In this document: one piece after another, positions 25,618 to 38,539 of the stretch | Layout of the letters: every line of letters begins with the position of its first letter | Position numbering within the stretch: the stretch's first letter is position 1 | Assembly: GCF_004010195.1 (NCBI RefSeq) | Contig: NC_057755.1 | Location: forward strand, 11,793,252 to 11,857,251 | Length of the DNA: 64,000 bases | Source of the DNA: Chiloscyllium plagiosum | Lineage: Eukaryota | Reading direction: 5' to 3' | Position numbers and translations under genes: made by a program | The notes under the pieces: generated by a model | What the model was told of the DNA's origin: nothing | Seen by the model: only the letters and a program-made list of their open reading frames with translations | Databases searched by the model: none

Positions 25618-25620
25618 TCA
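25084..25620 (-). mobile_element. PLE pseudo-LTR of a further family, with a decayed hammerhead motif (25162-25196) and a (GT)n tract
   Basis: Minus strand reads CAC-CTGATGA-aGGAG(cagca)CTCC-aAAAGCTA-GTG. A related sequence lies at 62360-62860. GT repeat at 25578-25616. Confidence 0.65.
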
Positions 25621-26117
25621 AAACAAGAAACTGTTCAGTTGAGGTGCATTGAAGGAGAAGCAAATTAAGCACACAAGCAAGGGAAGGAATTGAAGGACGT
25701 GCTCATAGGTTGAAAGGAGCATCGTCCAAATAGTTTGCTGCTTTGTGTTTATATGGTGAAATAAATACCTTCAAGGCCATTGCTTAAATGAGTATTCTTC
25801 AAGAAATTGAGAGAACCTGTCGGTTCATTGAGCACAGGTTTCATTTCTTCTGTGAATGGCCATGGTGGCTGTGTAGCCCTCCATCTCTCTTACTTCTCGA
25901 AACATTCAACCCCCATTTGATCAGCTTGCTTGGTAGCACTGTTATGGGGATGAGAACACATAGATTGATGCCCCAGACTGGAACTCAGATTGGTAATTTG
26001 GGCTTGGGTATGGTAGCATGGAAAGAATGCTGATTTTTTTTTCCCTCATTCACGGGATGAGGGTGTTGCTGGATAACCAACATTTATTGCTCATCCTAGA
26101 AAGCAATTAAGAATCAG

Positions 26118-26298
26118 CCACGAAATGACACGACCAGCTATCCTTAGTAGCCACACACGCAGATGACAAGCAACATGAATCACAGGAGGCTCCCAAGCAC
26201 TGACGATGTCACCTAGACAGGGGACGAAACGTCTGCAACACAAATTCCCAGCTCGGCAAACAGAACCACAACAACTACAAATCTTCTCACAAATTTTG
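26118..26298 (+). mobile_element. Internally deleted Penelope-type 3' fragment with an intact hammerhead motif (26197-26236)
   Basis: GIY-YIG C-terminal remnant RHDQLSLVATHADDKQHE fused to GCA-CTGACGA-t-GTCACCT(agac)AGGGGAC-GAAAC-GTC^TGC and a tail similar to that of 16760-18385. Confidence 0.75.
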
Positions 26299-27620
26299 GA
26301 ATGTACTTCCACAAATGGCAGTGGATGCTGAAACTGTTGTTAATTTTAAATCTGAGATAATTCTTTGTTAAACAGAGTTATGAGAGGATGTGGGCGAAAG
26401 GTAGGTATATGGAGTTAGGCCATAGATCCGCCATAGTCTCAAAGAATGGCAGTACACGCTTGAGGGGCTGAATGGCCTGTTGCATTCTTTTGATCCTATG
26501 TTCATAAAGCTGTAGAGAATTTAGTGTTACCATTTTAAGACAAATATATAGGTTCTCCTTGTGTCCTGGCCAATATTCCTCTCTGAGCCATGAATTGAGT
26601 GGTGTTTATCTATTTGCTTTTCGTCAGGATGTTAGTCAGCATCATGCGTTTGTTCCCCATTACATAACAGTGGCTTTGGTAGTTATTTCATCTGCGAGAC
26701 GCTTTTGATCTTTTGAAGATAGACGGTGCCATGTAAATGCACCTTCTGTTTCTTTCCAGTAATGTTGAGATTTTTACAATGTCTTGCAACTTTTTATTCC
26801 ATATCTGGTATATACGATTACCGTTTGTGAAATATGACATCACTGATTATAATTCAGTCAACACCTTGTCCCTTCGTTCCTCTTATCTCTTGTAGGTGCT
26901 GACTCTGGCAGATATACCATGAGTTCTGACAGTGTCTAGCTCAGAAACCTATTTTGCGGCCTTCACATGGGAATCACCAGGCAGTCCTTTTGTGCAGATT
27001 ATTGGAAGGCAGCAGACTTCTGTCTTCTCACAGCATTCACACAGGGATACACACTGACCTGCACACATGAATGTAGATAAGTACGTGTGTAGTCATATGT
27101 GGATACAGTGGTAACATGCAAACAGGCGTGTACTGATGTACAGAGAAGATTCCAGCATGTCACTAAGTTTCGGCCCCAATTTTTACTACTTGAATTGGGT
27201 GTGCAGAGTTGGGAGAAATCGCAGCTTAGCAAATCCAACCTTTGAAAATAACCCCCTGTACTTCAGAGTTTCAAGATGGGATAGTTTGGCTGAGTTTTAA
27301 TGGGAGTATGAATGGCATGTCCAGAAACAGCTTAAGGTACGTGGGCTGGGCAGCAAGCCCGCCTCTTGGCTGCACACACTGTTAACCGTTTAAAAGCAAA
27401 TATTAAAACAGAACCCACTTCACCTCAGCCCCTTCATACTTCCTAGTCAACCTCATTTCTGCTCTGTGGTCACTCATCCACAAACCTCATATGACACTCA
27501 TCCCCAACAAACCACTCTTTACCTTTCCTCCTGTGTATTAATTCATCCATCATCCAGTACGGGCATGAGGCATCTTTACTGAAACTAAGCTTAACAGTTA
27601 CATGTTACAGTTGAATAAAA

Positions 27621-27930
27621 GGCGGCACGGTAGCTCAGTGGTTAGCACTGCTGCCTCACAGCACCAGGATCCCAGGTTCGATTCCAGCCTCTGGCGACTG
27701 TCTGTGTGGAGTTTGCACGTTCTCCCTGTGCCTGCGTGGGTTTCCTCTGGGTGCTCCCACAGTCCAAAGATGTGCAGGTCAGGTGAATTGGCCATGCTAA
27801 ATTGCCCACAGTGTTAGGTGCATTAGTCAGAGGAAACTGGGTCTGGGTGGGTTACTCTTTGGAGGGTCGGTGTGGACTGGTTGGGTCGAAGGGCCTGTTT
27901 CCACACTGTAGGGAATCTAATCTAATCTAA
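27621..27930 (+). mobile_element. HE1-like V-SINE
   Basis: A and B boxes, V-domain and (AATCT)n tail. Confidence 0.87.
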
Positions 27931-28603
27931 ATTACACTTGCATTGATACAAGTAAACCAAATACAGTGAAACTGCTTCTTTACAAAAACAAACTTTCACT
28001 TAAGTATTCAGTATTTTACCTTTATATTTAACTTAAGTGATTTAAGTTCCTTAGGTCAAGAAGCTCAACTAAGTTTGAGCTACCCAACAACATTGTTAAA
28101 ATGATAATTGGGAATCCAGTCATGCAGGACTATAATTCTGTTACGGTTTTATGTGAATAGTCAATCAGAAAAGCTTGGCTTTTGTAACTCCGCATTTTTA
28201 TTAACAGCTTTTTTTGATCGCTTTCCTCAGCCTGAAGAGTTTATGTACTTGCCTGCCTTTTCAAAAGGTGTCTTGGGGCTAGATCCAAAGGGGTACTTAG
28301 AAGGGAAGAAACATAAAGTATTACTCCAGCCTTCACCAATGCACACTGCCCATCCACTCCAGTGCCCTTTGCCTACCTCCATGCTAACTTTGTGTCTACT
28401 TCCACCTGCCATTCTTCCACCACCCCCCTTCAAACTCATTGAGTGTCGACAAGTGCCCGTGCACATTGGAAAAGAAGCTGCAATTTAGTTACTGAAGTTC
28501 TAGATTTCAGACAATGCGCTATTGAGAAAAGCACTGCCATTTGTAAATATATATTTAGCATGTCACACAGCTCCAAGGGTTCAATGCCACTTTTGCCCAT
28601 TGT

Positions 28604-28945
28604 ATTCGTGGGATATGAGTGCCATTGGCTAGCTCAGCATTTATTGACCATTCCTAATTACCCAAAGAGCGGTTAAGATTCAACTACATTACTGTGGGTC
28701 TGAAATCACATGTCGGCCAGACCGAATAAGGACAGTCATTTTCTTCCCTAAAGGATATTATTGAATCAGATGGGTTTTCCTGATAGCAATGGTTTTATGG
28801 TCATCATTAGTCTCTTAGTCTCCAAATTTTTACTGAATTCAAATTCTACCATCTACCATGGCAGGATTCAAACCCACGTCTCCAGAACATTACCTGGATC
28901 ACTGGATTAGCAGTCTAGTGGTAATGGTACTAGGCATTACTTCCC
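28604..28945 (-). mobile_element. Second SINE family copy
   Basis: Homologous to 43965-44309, with a tRNA-like head on the minus strand. Confidence 0.7.
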
Positions 28946-29550
28946 ACAAAACAGTCCCAAAGGACACCCATATTCTTTTCCATGTAGGAGTTTTAACCCC
29001 TAACCCAGACTACTGGGACCATATCCACAAGGGTACCTCAGCTGTCCAGAGAGGTAGCCAAAATCAAACAAAGTGAACTGAGATCAGACTTGCTCTGTCC
29101 TGGTGTAACCTGTAGATATCAGTGACTCCAAAATCTCATTCCATTGGAGGCTGCAAATCATTTTAATATCTAGCTGCCTCAGGGATTTGCACACGTGTTT
29201 TAATGATACCCCATGACCAATACTGCAAGGGAATGAAATTACCTGTGGTTCCCATCATCTTCTAGCACTTTTCTAATGTCAAATCAGGGCTGAATCTGTT
29301 CCATTTAGGGAATGAACCTGATTTCAGATTCTGCATTGATCACACTGAGCTATTGGCTCTGCACACTCAGTGCTTCCATACAATGGTAGTCATGATTTGG
29401 AGATGCCGGTGTTGATTTTCAACTTCATACGATGGTAGGAACTCGTCAACCTGTGCTTTCACATCTAACTCATCTTTCTTACATTTGACATTTCATATTT
29501 GCTTCAATCTGTCACTAATTTATTATGTTCCTTTAATTGTTTTCAAACAG

Positions 29551-29607
29551 GGTGAAGTTTCATCTGAAGACCAGGGAAAATCCAGGGAAAATGGAGCACC
29601 TGCATGA
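29551..29607 (+). CDS. CCAR1: CCAR1 terminal coding exon (to stop codon)
   Basis: Acceptor ttgttttcaaacag|GGT. GEVSSEDQGKSRENGAPA-TGA has the same length as, and resembles, the recalled human C-terminus DNVKNEDKDQKSKENGASV. Confidence 0.88.
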   Translation, partial: GEVSSEDQGKSRENGAPA

Positions 29608-29915
29608 TGTGTGGTTTGGGGCTCCCAGTGTAGTCACTATATTGTTATATTATTATTTTACGGAGTTGCAGCTGACCAAAGCACTGCATGTGTCATGAAG
29701 TTTTGTAGTTTAAGGAAGTGTTTGTAGAACAAAAGATGTACAAAGTTCTGAATAACCATTAACTGTTTAAACAAAAAAAAAAAGAGCAAAAGTGGACTTC
29801 CTAACTGCTTAAAAGGTCAGTAGTTATTCAACTAAACATACTTTTGCATTGCAAAATGTTTTTAGAGAAACATTAACTTTCTATGTTAATAAAGTATAAG
29901 AAACCAGACATGCAA
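29608..29915 (+). other. CCAR1: CCAR1 3' UTR (end approximate)
   Basis: AT-rich, non-repetitive sequence between the stop codon and the AATAAA at 29888. Confidence 0.6.
29888..29893 (+). terminator. Candidate polyadenylation signal AATAAA for CCAR1
   Basis: First canonical AATAAA downstream of the CCAR1 stop codon, about 280 nt after it. Confidence 0.6.
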
Positions 29916-30049
29916 GCTTATTGGTCACCTGACTCATCACATTTTCTCTGTTTTCTAAGGCCTAAACTCTCATTTGCAGAGAGAATATAGAATGGGTCCA
30001 TTATGATAACTGTCATAGAGTGTGTTTGCAGATTATACTGAGATTGTAA

Positions 30050-32600
30050 AGGGGTGACAGGTATAATGGAAATGGAACTGGACAAGTAATCCAGAAACTT
30101 CCCAACAGTTGGTGAAAATTGAACTTTGATTTCAGTGATGGTGACCATGAAACTACCATCAATTGTCATGAAAACCCATTTCTTTTTATTATTCACTGGG
30201 TTTGGGTGCCCATTTATTGCCCATCCCAGTTTCTCTTGAGAACGTGATGCTGGGCTACCACCTTTAACCATTTGGTATAGGTGGATCCACAAAGCTATTG
30301 GGGCTAGAGTTCCAGGATTTTGGCCCAGTGATGATGCAGGGATAGCAATATATTTACAAGTCAAGATGGTGAGTGGCTTGGAGAGTTTATTACATGTGGT
30401 GTTCCCATATATCTGCTGCCCTTCTAGTAATAGATAAAGTGGTCATGGATTTGGGAGGTGCTGTCTAAGGAGCCTTGGTCAAATTCTGCAGATGATATAC
30501 ACTGCTGTTACTGAGCATTTGTGGAGGAAGAGGAAGTGACTGTTTGTAGATGTGATACTGCAGACTGTTTTGTCCTGGAGGGTGTCAAGCTTCTTGAATG
30601 TTGTCAGTGTTGCACTCATTCAGGTCAAGTATGGTCACTTCTAACTTGTTCCTTGTAAATGGTGGACAGGCTTTGGGGAGTCAGGACACAAGTTACTTGC
30701 TTCAGGATTCTGATCTGTTCTTATAATCTGTATATATGGCTAATTCTATTCAATTCTGATAAATGATAGCCCTCAGGATATATATAATAGGGGATTCAAC
30801 AGTGGTAATATCATTAAATGTTATGGGGCAATGGATCAGATTTTTGTGTTGTAGATGGTTATTGCTTGGCATTAGTATGGCACGAATGTGATGAACATTA
30901 TCTAGACATCAGGGAACATCCTCAATTCTGACATCATGATGGAGGGAATGTCATTGCTAAAGCGGCTGAAGGGAAACCTCTCAGAACAGAGGGACCTTGG
31001 TCTGCATGTCTACCAGTCCTTTAAGTGAGCAAGACGGGTAGATAAAGTGGTTAAGACGGTATATGGGATACTTCCTTTGTTAGCTAAGGCATAGAGTTTA
31101 GGAGCAGGGAGACTTGTGGAACTCTGTATAAAATGTTGGTCAGTCCACAGCTTGAATATTGTGTGCAGTTCTGGAATACCATTATGGAAGGAATGTGATT
31201 GCACTGGAGAGGGTTCAGAGGAGGTTGAGCAAGGTGTTGTCTAGGCTAGAGAGTTTTAGTTATGAAAAGAGATTGGATAAGGTTGTTTTTTAAGAAGTGA
31301 ATGGTGAGGGGATCATGATTAAGATGTATAAACTTATAAGGGGATCAATGGGATAGCAAAGAAGGAACTTTGACCTGTACATTCTCAATTTGACAAATTC
31401 AAACTGGTCATTACAGCCCTTTCATTCTGCTCTCGATCATCAGCATAATGGTGTCAGGATCATCAAGAGTACTATTTGCTGAGCAATAGCCTACACACTG
31501 GTTTATCTTGAGCCAGGGCCACTTGGCTCCTTCATTGTAGCCTTGGTGCAGCCTTTTATCTGAATTCCAGAGGTGAGATGAGAATGAATGTCCATAACAT
31601 CAAAGCAGCATTTGACTGAGTATGGCATCAAGGTGCCCTAGCAAATGTGAAGTGTCAATGGCAACTGGGAGGGAAAACTTTCTGATTTGAGTCAAACAAA
31701 AGAAGTTGGTTGTGGTTTTTGAAAGTCATTCAGTTTAACTCCAGGAGTTCTTCAGGTTTGTGTCCTGGGCCCATCACCTTCAACTGTTTCATCACTGACC
31801 TTTCCTCCATAATACTGTCAGAAGCGGGAGGTTTGCTGATGACTGCACAATGTCCAGCATCATTTGCAACTCTTTAGATAAGAAAGCAGTCCATGTTCAA
31901 ATGCAGCAATATCATGACAATATCCAGGCTTTTGAGTGACAATTAGCAAATAATATTCACAACACCGGCAATTATTATCTTCAATAAGAGAGAGTCTACC
32001 ATCCCCTCTTGAAACTCAATGGCATTGCCATAAGTTAATCACAAATATTGACAAGCAAGAGTAGGTCAAAATCCAGGAATCTTGCAGTTTATAACTTGCC
32101 TGATGATTCCCCAAAGCCTGTCAAGCTCCAAGGCACAATCGGGAATGTGATGGAGTATTTCCACAGGCCTGGATGAGTGCCGCTCTAATAATTCTAGAGA
32201 CGTTACACCATCGCCATTCTTTCAGTGCAGCAGTGTGAAAATCATAGAATCCTATCTCTAATGACATTGTGGGTCAACTCACAGCACATGGACTGCAAAA
32301 TTATTGAGTTGTGTGTGTTTTATTTTAATTCACTCATGGGCTATGGGTGTCAGTTGCTGAGAAAGTATTTATTGCCCATCCCTAGTTGCCCTGGAGAAGA
32401 TGGTGGTGAATTTTCTTCTTGAACTGCTGGAGTCTGTGCTGCAGGTATATCCACAATACTATTAAGAGGAAGCTTGAGGATTCTGACACTGCAACAATGA
32501 AGGAACAGTGATATATCCCAAGTGAGGATGGTTAGTGACTTCGGGAACTTGCAGGTTGTGGACTTCCCATGTAACTGCTGCCCTAATTAACTCTTTATTG
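30050..32600. mobile_element. Decayed LINE/SINE fragments, including a LINE sharing its 3' end with the second SINE family and a CR1 piece (30980-31375)
   Basis: tttattgcccatccc tail motif at about 30212 and 32368, RT-like nucleotide remnants (aaagcagcatttgac, tttgctgatgactgcac), and a CR1 C-terminal remnant. Confidence 0.6.
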
Positions 32601-35059
32601 CATATACTCAATCCAAAATAGCCTGATTCCCTTTTGATTTAGGAAACTATTCTGAATGCATTACAACCAGATAACAAATAGCTGTCCTCTGGGTGGACTG
32701 CAGCAGATGTTTAAAGTTATTTTTGTCAATCCGGTGAGTGTTTAACTCTTCAAGTGCTATGACTATTCAAAATACACAATCTTTTGAAAGTTCTGGAAAA
32801 ATGAAATAACACACATTGTCCTTAACACCAGGTAGATTTTTTAAAAAATCAAAAAGTGTTCCAGTCCACACTGTCATGTGCACCTGAGAGAAAAAGACAC
32901 CCTCAAATGCAGGTTGCTATAAGATTTTAGACTTTCCTAAATAAAGTCAGTCTCATATATGGATCCTGTAGTTTAATGTGAAGAATGGTTTTGTGCCATG
33001 TTTAGTGATTTTTCTAGAGTCTTCAGAGAGACCATTTAAAGTCTTGATGGAAGATTTTCATTTTTCCTGTGAGGTCAGCGGCTGTTTAGGTTGCATCAAC
33101 CTGGTCAGTTACAGGTAAGGCAAACACTTGCAGAGTGAAGAGAAGGAGGGAGACGGGTCACACTGTTATCTCTTTGTGGTCTGACTATGAGAAAATAGTG
33201 TCATTTTTAACAGTTAGCTTGCTTTTGCCTGACCTCCGCTCACAAACTCTTCAGTTATTGTCTTCAGTCCTCATTCTAAGTCCATTATTTACATTGATTA
33301 GAGTAGCGAGTTGATGGAACTCCCTCAGCTCAAGTCCAAAGTGATTTAAATTCAAAAGATTGAGCCATGTCCCCATGAGCATGGGGGCCCCTCATTTTAA
33401 GTCTTTAAATTGTTTCTTAATGTCCTTTGACCTTGTTTACAGTATCTTTTCACATTTTAGTCTTCCTTCCTTCCTTTCTGGTTGCATTATTGAGTTTTTT
33501 GCATCATGCTGTCAAGAGGCCCTCTGGTTGTCCAGCTAGGTTTAGTGCCATTGTTTCTGTACTGTACAGTCAAGATCATTGTATTTTTATAAATAATCTT
33601 CTCTTTGGGTATTGAAGTCATTTTCTAAAATTTTCTTTGTATTAGCAGAGGAACTGCTGCAACCTTTTTAAAATAATTCTTTACTCTACAGTACTTCAGT
33701 ACAGCTACAATAGTTGGGGAATTTGTCCTTCTTCCTGTATTGTAAATTTCTGCGAAGAAGCTTAGTTTCTTCATTGAAGCTTTTACTTGAGGTAGGAACG
33801 TACTGTGAAACACAGTAGAAGGCATCTTCTCCCCCCTCCCCTCACCAATCTGATGATTCATTTTCTGCGGTTTCAGTTTCCCGCAGACCAAACATAATAT
33901 GGGGAACTTGCCAGATCCAGGGACCAGGAGGCTCCAGGAAGGTACTTTTCCCATTTAAATGAATGGGTGCACTCCTATCCATGATTTTGGGCTTCCACAG
34001 TAGGTCCTGGAACATTAACCCTGTGGGTTCAGAGGTACTACTATATTTCAATTTTCAGTTTAAACGTTGTTTTCAAGAACCTAATATTGATACCTATGGG
34101 AAATCACACTTAAGTTGGCTTTCACTGCTAAAGTTTTAAATTTTGGGAACATAGTATCTGCATTTAAAAATTAACATTATGTCTGAATGTTCAAGAGGGG
34201 TTCAGATTTAGGCCATTCAAACTGATTAATCTGTGGACCACTTCCACACCATATGACTTCTTCCTATGTAGTTTGCAAGGTGAAGTTATGTAAATGCTCA
34301 GCCATTTTGAACTGTATCATTTAGTCATTAAAAAAATTGTCAGTCTTTTTAAAGGTTGTTCAGCTCATTTAAGTAAATAAAATCAAATTCAATATAAAAC
34401 CTGGCCTTTTAACTGCAATACCCCAAAGTGTAGGTATTTGCTTTTAGCAAAGTAAAATCACACATTCATTCTCAAAGATTCAACCAATATTGAATCAGTG
34501 ACTTTATTCTGTGGAGTTTACAATCAGTCTCCTACTGTTTTTGAGATTTTCAGCATCACAATGATTATGGTATAAAAAAAGACCATTTCGCACATCATGC
34601 CTTTCTAACTGAAAATGTTTTTTCTCATATCACCGTTGCAATTTTTGCACATTGCTTTAAATCTACATCCTCTCATTCTTGTTCCTTTTAAAAGCGGAAA
34701 CAGTTTACCCCATTCTACTCTATCCTGCTCTCCTGATTTTGAAAACCTCTATCAGATCTCCACTGAGCCTCTTTCTCTCCAGGAAGAATACTTCTAATTT
34801 CTTCAATCTAGTCTCACAACCAAAGTTTCTTATCCCTGGAGCCATTCTTGCACATCCTTCTGAACTCTCTCCAATGTGTTCATATCCTCCCTATAATGTG
34901 GTATGCAGAAATGTACACAGTTGACATCTAGCAGGTATCATTTTTTGTTAATTCAAACCCAAGAGAGTCAGAATTCATTGTTACTGTACTTTTTTTCCCC
35001 TGTGATGTCTGTAATCTTCAAGTGAAATGGTTTAAGTAGCAGGCTCCATTGGAATAACT

Positions 35060-36080
35060 TAGAGTCATACAGTCCTCCAACACAGAGACAGAACCTTTGG
35101 TCCAAACTGGTCCATGCAGACCAAAATGTGCATCCATTCTAACCCCATTTTCCTGCACTTGGCCCATATCCTTCTAAACCTTTCCTATTTATTTATTTGA
35201 ACAAATGCCTTTTAAATGTTGTTAATCCACACACCTCAACCACTTCCCATGGCAGCTCATTCATTTGCATACTATCCTCTATTTAAAAAAACATTGCCCC
35301 TCAGTTTCATTTTTATTCTTTCCCCTCGGACCTTAAACTGATTCCCTATAGTCCTCGATACCCCTTTTCCCCAGGAAAAAGGCTGAGTGCATTCAGCCTA
35401 TCCATGCCCCTCATGATTGTATACGTTTCTATAAAACACCCCCCATCCCTATCTCCTGTGCGCTAAAGAAAATGTTTTGGCTTGTCCAACAATAATCAGA
35501 CCATTGAGTCCTGGCAACATCTTTGTAGATTTCTTCTTGCACTCCTTGTAGTTTAATAATCCTTCCCATAACAAGGTGACCAAAACTGAATACAATACTC
35601 TAAGTGCAGTCTCATCAATGTCCTACACAACTGCAACATAACTTCACAACTTCTATGCTCAGTGCCCTGACTGAAGGCCAAGGTGCCAAAAGCCGCCTTC
35701 ACTGCCCTGTCTACCTGTGACTCCATTTTCAGAGGACTGTACACCTGAACTCCAAGGTCCCTCTGTTCCACTACACTCCTTAATATCCTACCATTCACCA
35801 TGAAACTCCTACCTTGATTTGACCTTTCAAAGTGTAAGACCTCACACTTATCTATATTAAACTCCATTTGCCACTTCTTGACCCACTTCGCCAGCTGATC
35901 AAGATCCTGCTGCAATTTCTGATTATCTTGCTCATCTCCTTGAAAATTTCAGCCAAATTTGTTAGGCATGACCTCCCTGTAACAAAGACATGCTGACTAC
36001 CCTTGATCAAACCTTGCCTCTCAATGGCAATTCATTTTTTCCTTAAAAATTTTCTCTAATCGTTTCCTGCACAATAGTTT
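35060..36080 (-). mobile_element. CR1 LINE 3' fragment
   Basis: QQDLDQLAKWVKKWQMEFNIDKCEVLHF...HLEYCIQFWSP. Confidence 0.85.
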
Positions 36081-38226
36081 TCTAATTTTCTTGACACCTC
36101 TTTGCGCGCACACTCAAAAAAGAGGAAATAATGTTCTGGGCAGAGGACAAACTAAGAAAGCAATTCATTGGTATCTGCTCACAATTTCGAGGCCACCAGT
36201 GATTTTCCTTTTTTTTTTCAATTTTTCTTGTGGAGCTAAGAGTTGAATTTTAAAACACGATATCATAGAGTCCTCCAACACAGAGACAGGCCTTTGGTCC
36301 AAACTGTGTTTTAAAAGGGAATAGATGTTTGCTGTTGGTGACTGGCCTGCAAGATAATACAACTTAATTACTAACCTAAGAAACACTTTGGCACCCAGTG
36401 GTGCCATGCGCAGGTTTAGCAGCTACTTAGATGTTGATTTGACTTTTCCATGCAGAATCTGTGCTACACAGCCAACCACACAAAATATTGATTATTCTTT
36501 TTTTAAAAAATGAGACTGGTTTTAGCAGGTGCAGAGTGATTTTGGAAGCTTCAGGACAAGCTCCTATTTTTTACTTTATTTTCCATCCAGTTAAAGAATT
36601 GTTGAATGTTCTGAGAAAAGGATCCCAGTACGTAAGAAGTGAGAAAATATATCAATAAGTCTAATAAAAGTGTTTAACTAATTTGATTTAGATTTGACTT
36701 AGTTTGACTGTAAAATTAGATTTACAGTTACATCCCAGTAAACAGCTTATTAGCCAAGGATAGTAATGTTTGTTATCCATCTTTTGAAACTGTTTAATTG
36801 AACTAGCAAATTACAATTCTTCTTAATTTATCCCTTAATTGTGTGTCTGAGAGAGTGTAGAAGTTATGTTCAAAGAAGGTTGGTTTTAAGTCATAGAATT
36901 TAATCAGATGACATTTTCAAGCCAAAGTTATAGTATTAAGAATAAATTGTTAAGTTATAAACTTTGTGTCCAAGATCTGTTGTTATTGGTAAAGTCTGGC
37001 TTGGAACAATTGGACAACTTTTGAGTTTTAGTTTTACGATGTTTGAATCCAGTGTTAGGGAGGCTGATTTGATTTTGCTTGTTACCCTGCATTGTAACTA
37101 CAGAAAACTGTTCTTGTGCTGATCAGAAGGCTGCTTCATGATCTTCCTTTTCTGGATGTTTCCCTGGCTTTCAGGAGACACAGGTTGACTGCTTCACACT
37201 TATAAAAGGTGTCTTATTTATTAATTGAAATGTATGACTTACAGCAACTACTGGAAGACAAATAAACTGGTTTTCTTCAGGCTTAAGGTAGCTTTCATTG
37301 CAGCGAGTACAAGGTCTAATGAGTTCTCTATCATGATCACAACCCCAAGTGACCTGAAAGCCCAATTACATAGTTGTTGGTAAGCAGAAGGCCTTTGTCA
37401 TCAATAACTGGCCACTAGGCCACAGTCCAATTAGCTAGCTTGCCAACCAAAGCTCCATTTGTCAATTGCACAACCACCAGTTGTGTATATACTGTTTACA
37501 ATGAGTATCAGATTGCTTACTTTCAAAACATGTGATCATACCTGAACAATATTTTGTTTTAAGTTATTTTCTCATTTCAGTCCACAATTAAAAAGATAAA
37601 GCAAGACAGTCCTTACTCATGTCACTAATTTTTGATCCACTCATCACACTCCCCTGTATCGCACAGTCTTACTTTTCTGACCAGTCTGCAATGTGTCTTG
37701 TCAAATGCCTTACAAAAACCTATGTAGACAATACTAACTTCACTATCCTCAGCAATCCTCCTTGTTACTTACTCAAAACTCCCTTAGCAAAACCATGCTG
37801 ACTAATACTGTTTAATTAGTGTCTTTCTAAGTGACAGTTATCCTGTCCCTCAGCATTGATTCCAATAGTTTGCCACCTTTGAGATCTGAATGACCATTTT
37901 GTAATTATTTCACACCCTCTTAAACATTCATACAATACTCATAGACCCCCAATCCTCTGGTGTCTCATCTATAATTAGTGAGGATTCGAAAATGACCCTC
38001 CAAAATATGTTAGTTCCTCCCTGGCTTTCTTTAGTAACCTTGACATAATCCATCCAGCCTTGATTTATTCGACTTCAAGGATGTCATTACTTCCACAGTT
38101 CCTCTCACTTAATGCTCATTTTATCTAATATTTCACACACTCCTTGAACTGTATCATCCCATGCTCAGTAAGATCCTGCCCCACATATTTTGCATCTAGT
38201 GTACTTATACTAGGTTGTGCTTGATT

Positions 38227-38539
38227 TTAGATTAGATTTCCTACAGTATGGAAACAGGCCCTTCAGCCCAACAAGTCCACAATGACCCTCCAAAGATTAA
38301 CCCACCCAGATTCATTCCCCTACCCCATATTTACCCCTGACTAATGCACCTAACACTCTGGGCAATTTAGCATGGCAAATTCACTTGACCTGCACATTTT
38401 TGGATTGTGGGAGGAAACCAGAGCACCCAGAGGAAACCCATGCAGACATGGGAGGATGAGTAAACTCCAGACAATTGTCCAAGGCGGGAACCCTGGCACT
38501 GTGAGGCAGCAGTGCTAACCACTAGATGACCGTGCTGCC
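38227..38539 (-). mobile_element. HE1-like V-SINE
   Basis: Reverse complement of the 3942-4259 family. Confidence 0.85.

Noticed and set aside
35063..36307. Direct repeat of about 45 bp (35063-35108 and 36262-36307) as LTRs or a TSD
   Set aside because: Both match the extreme 3' end of one CR1 subfamily. Two insertions or a small duplication explain it more simply.
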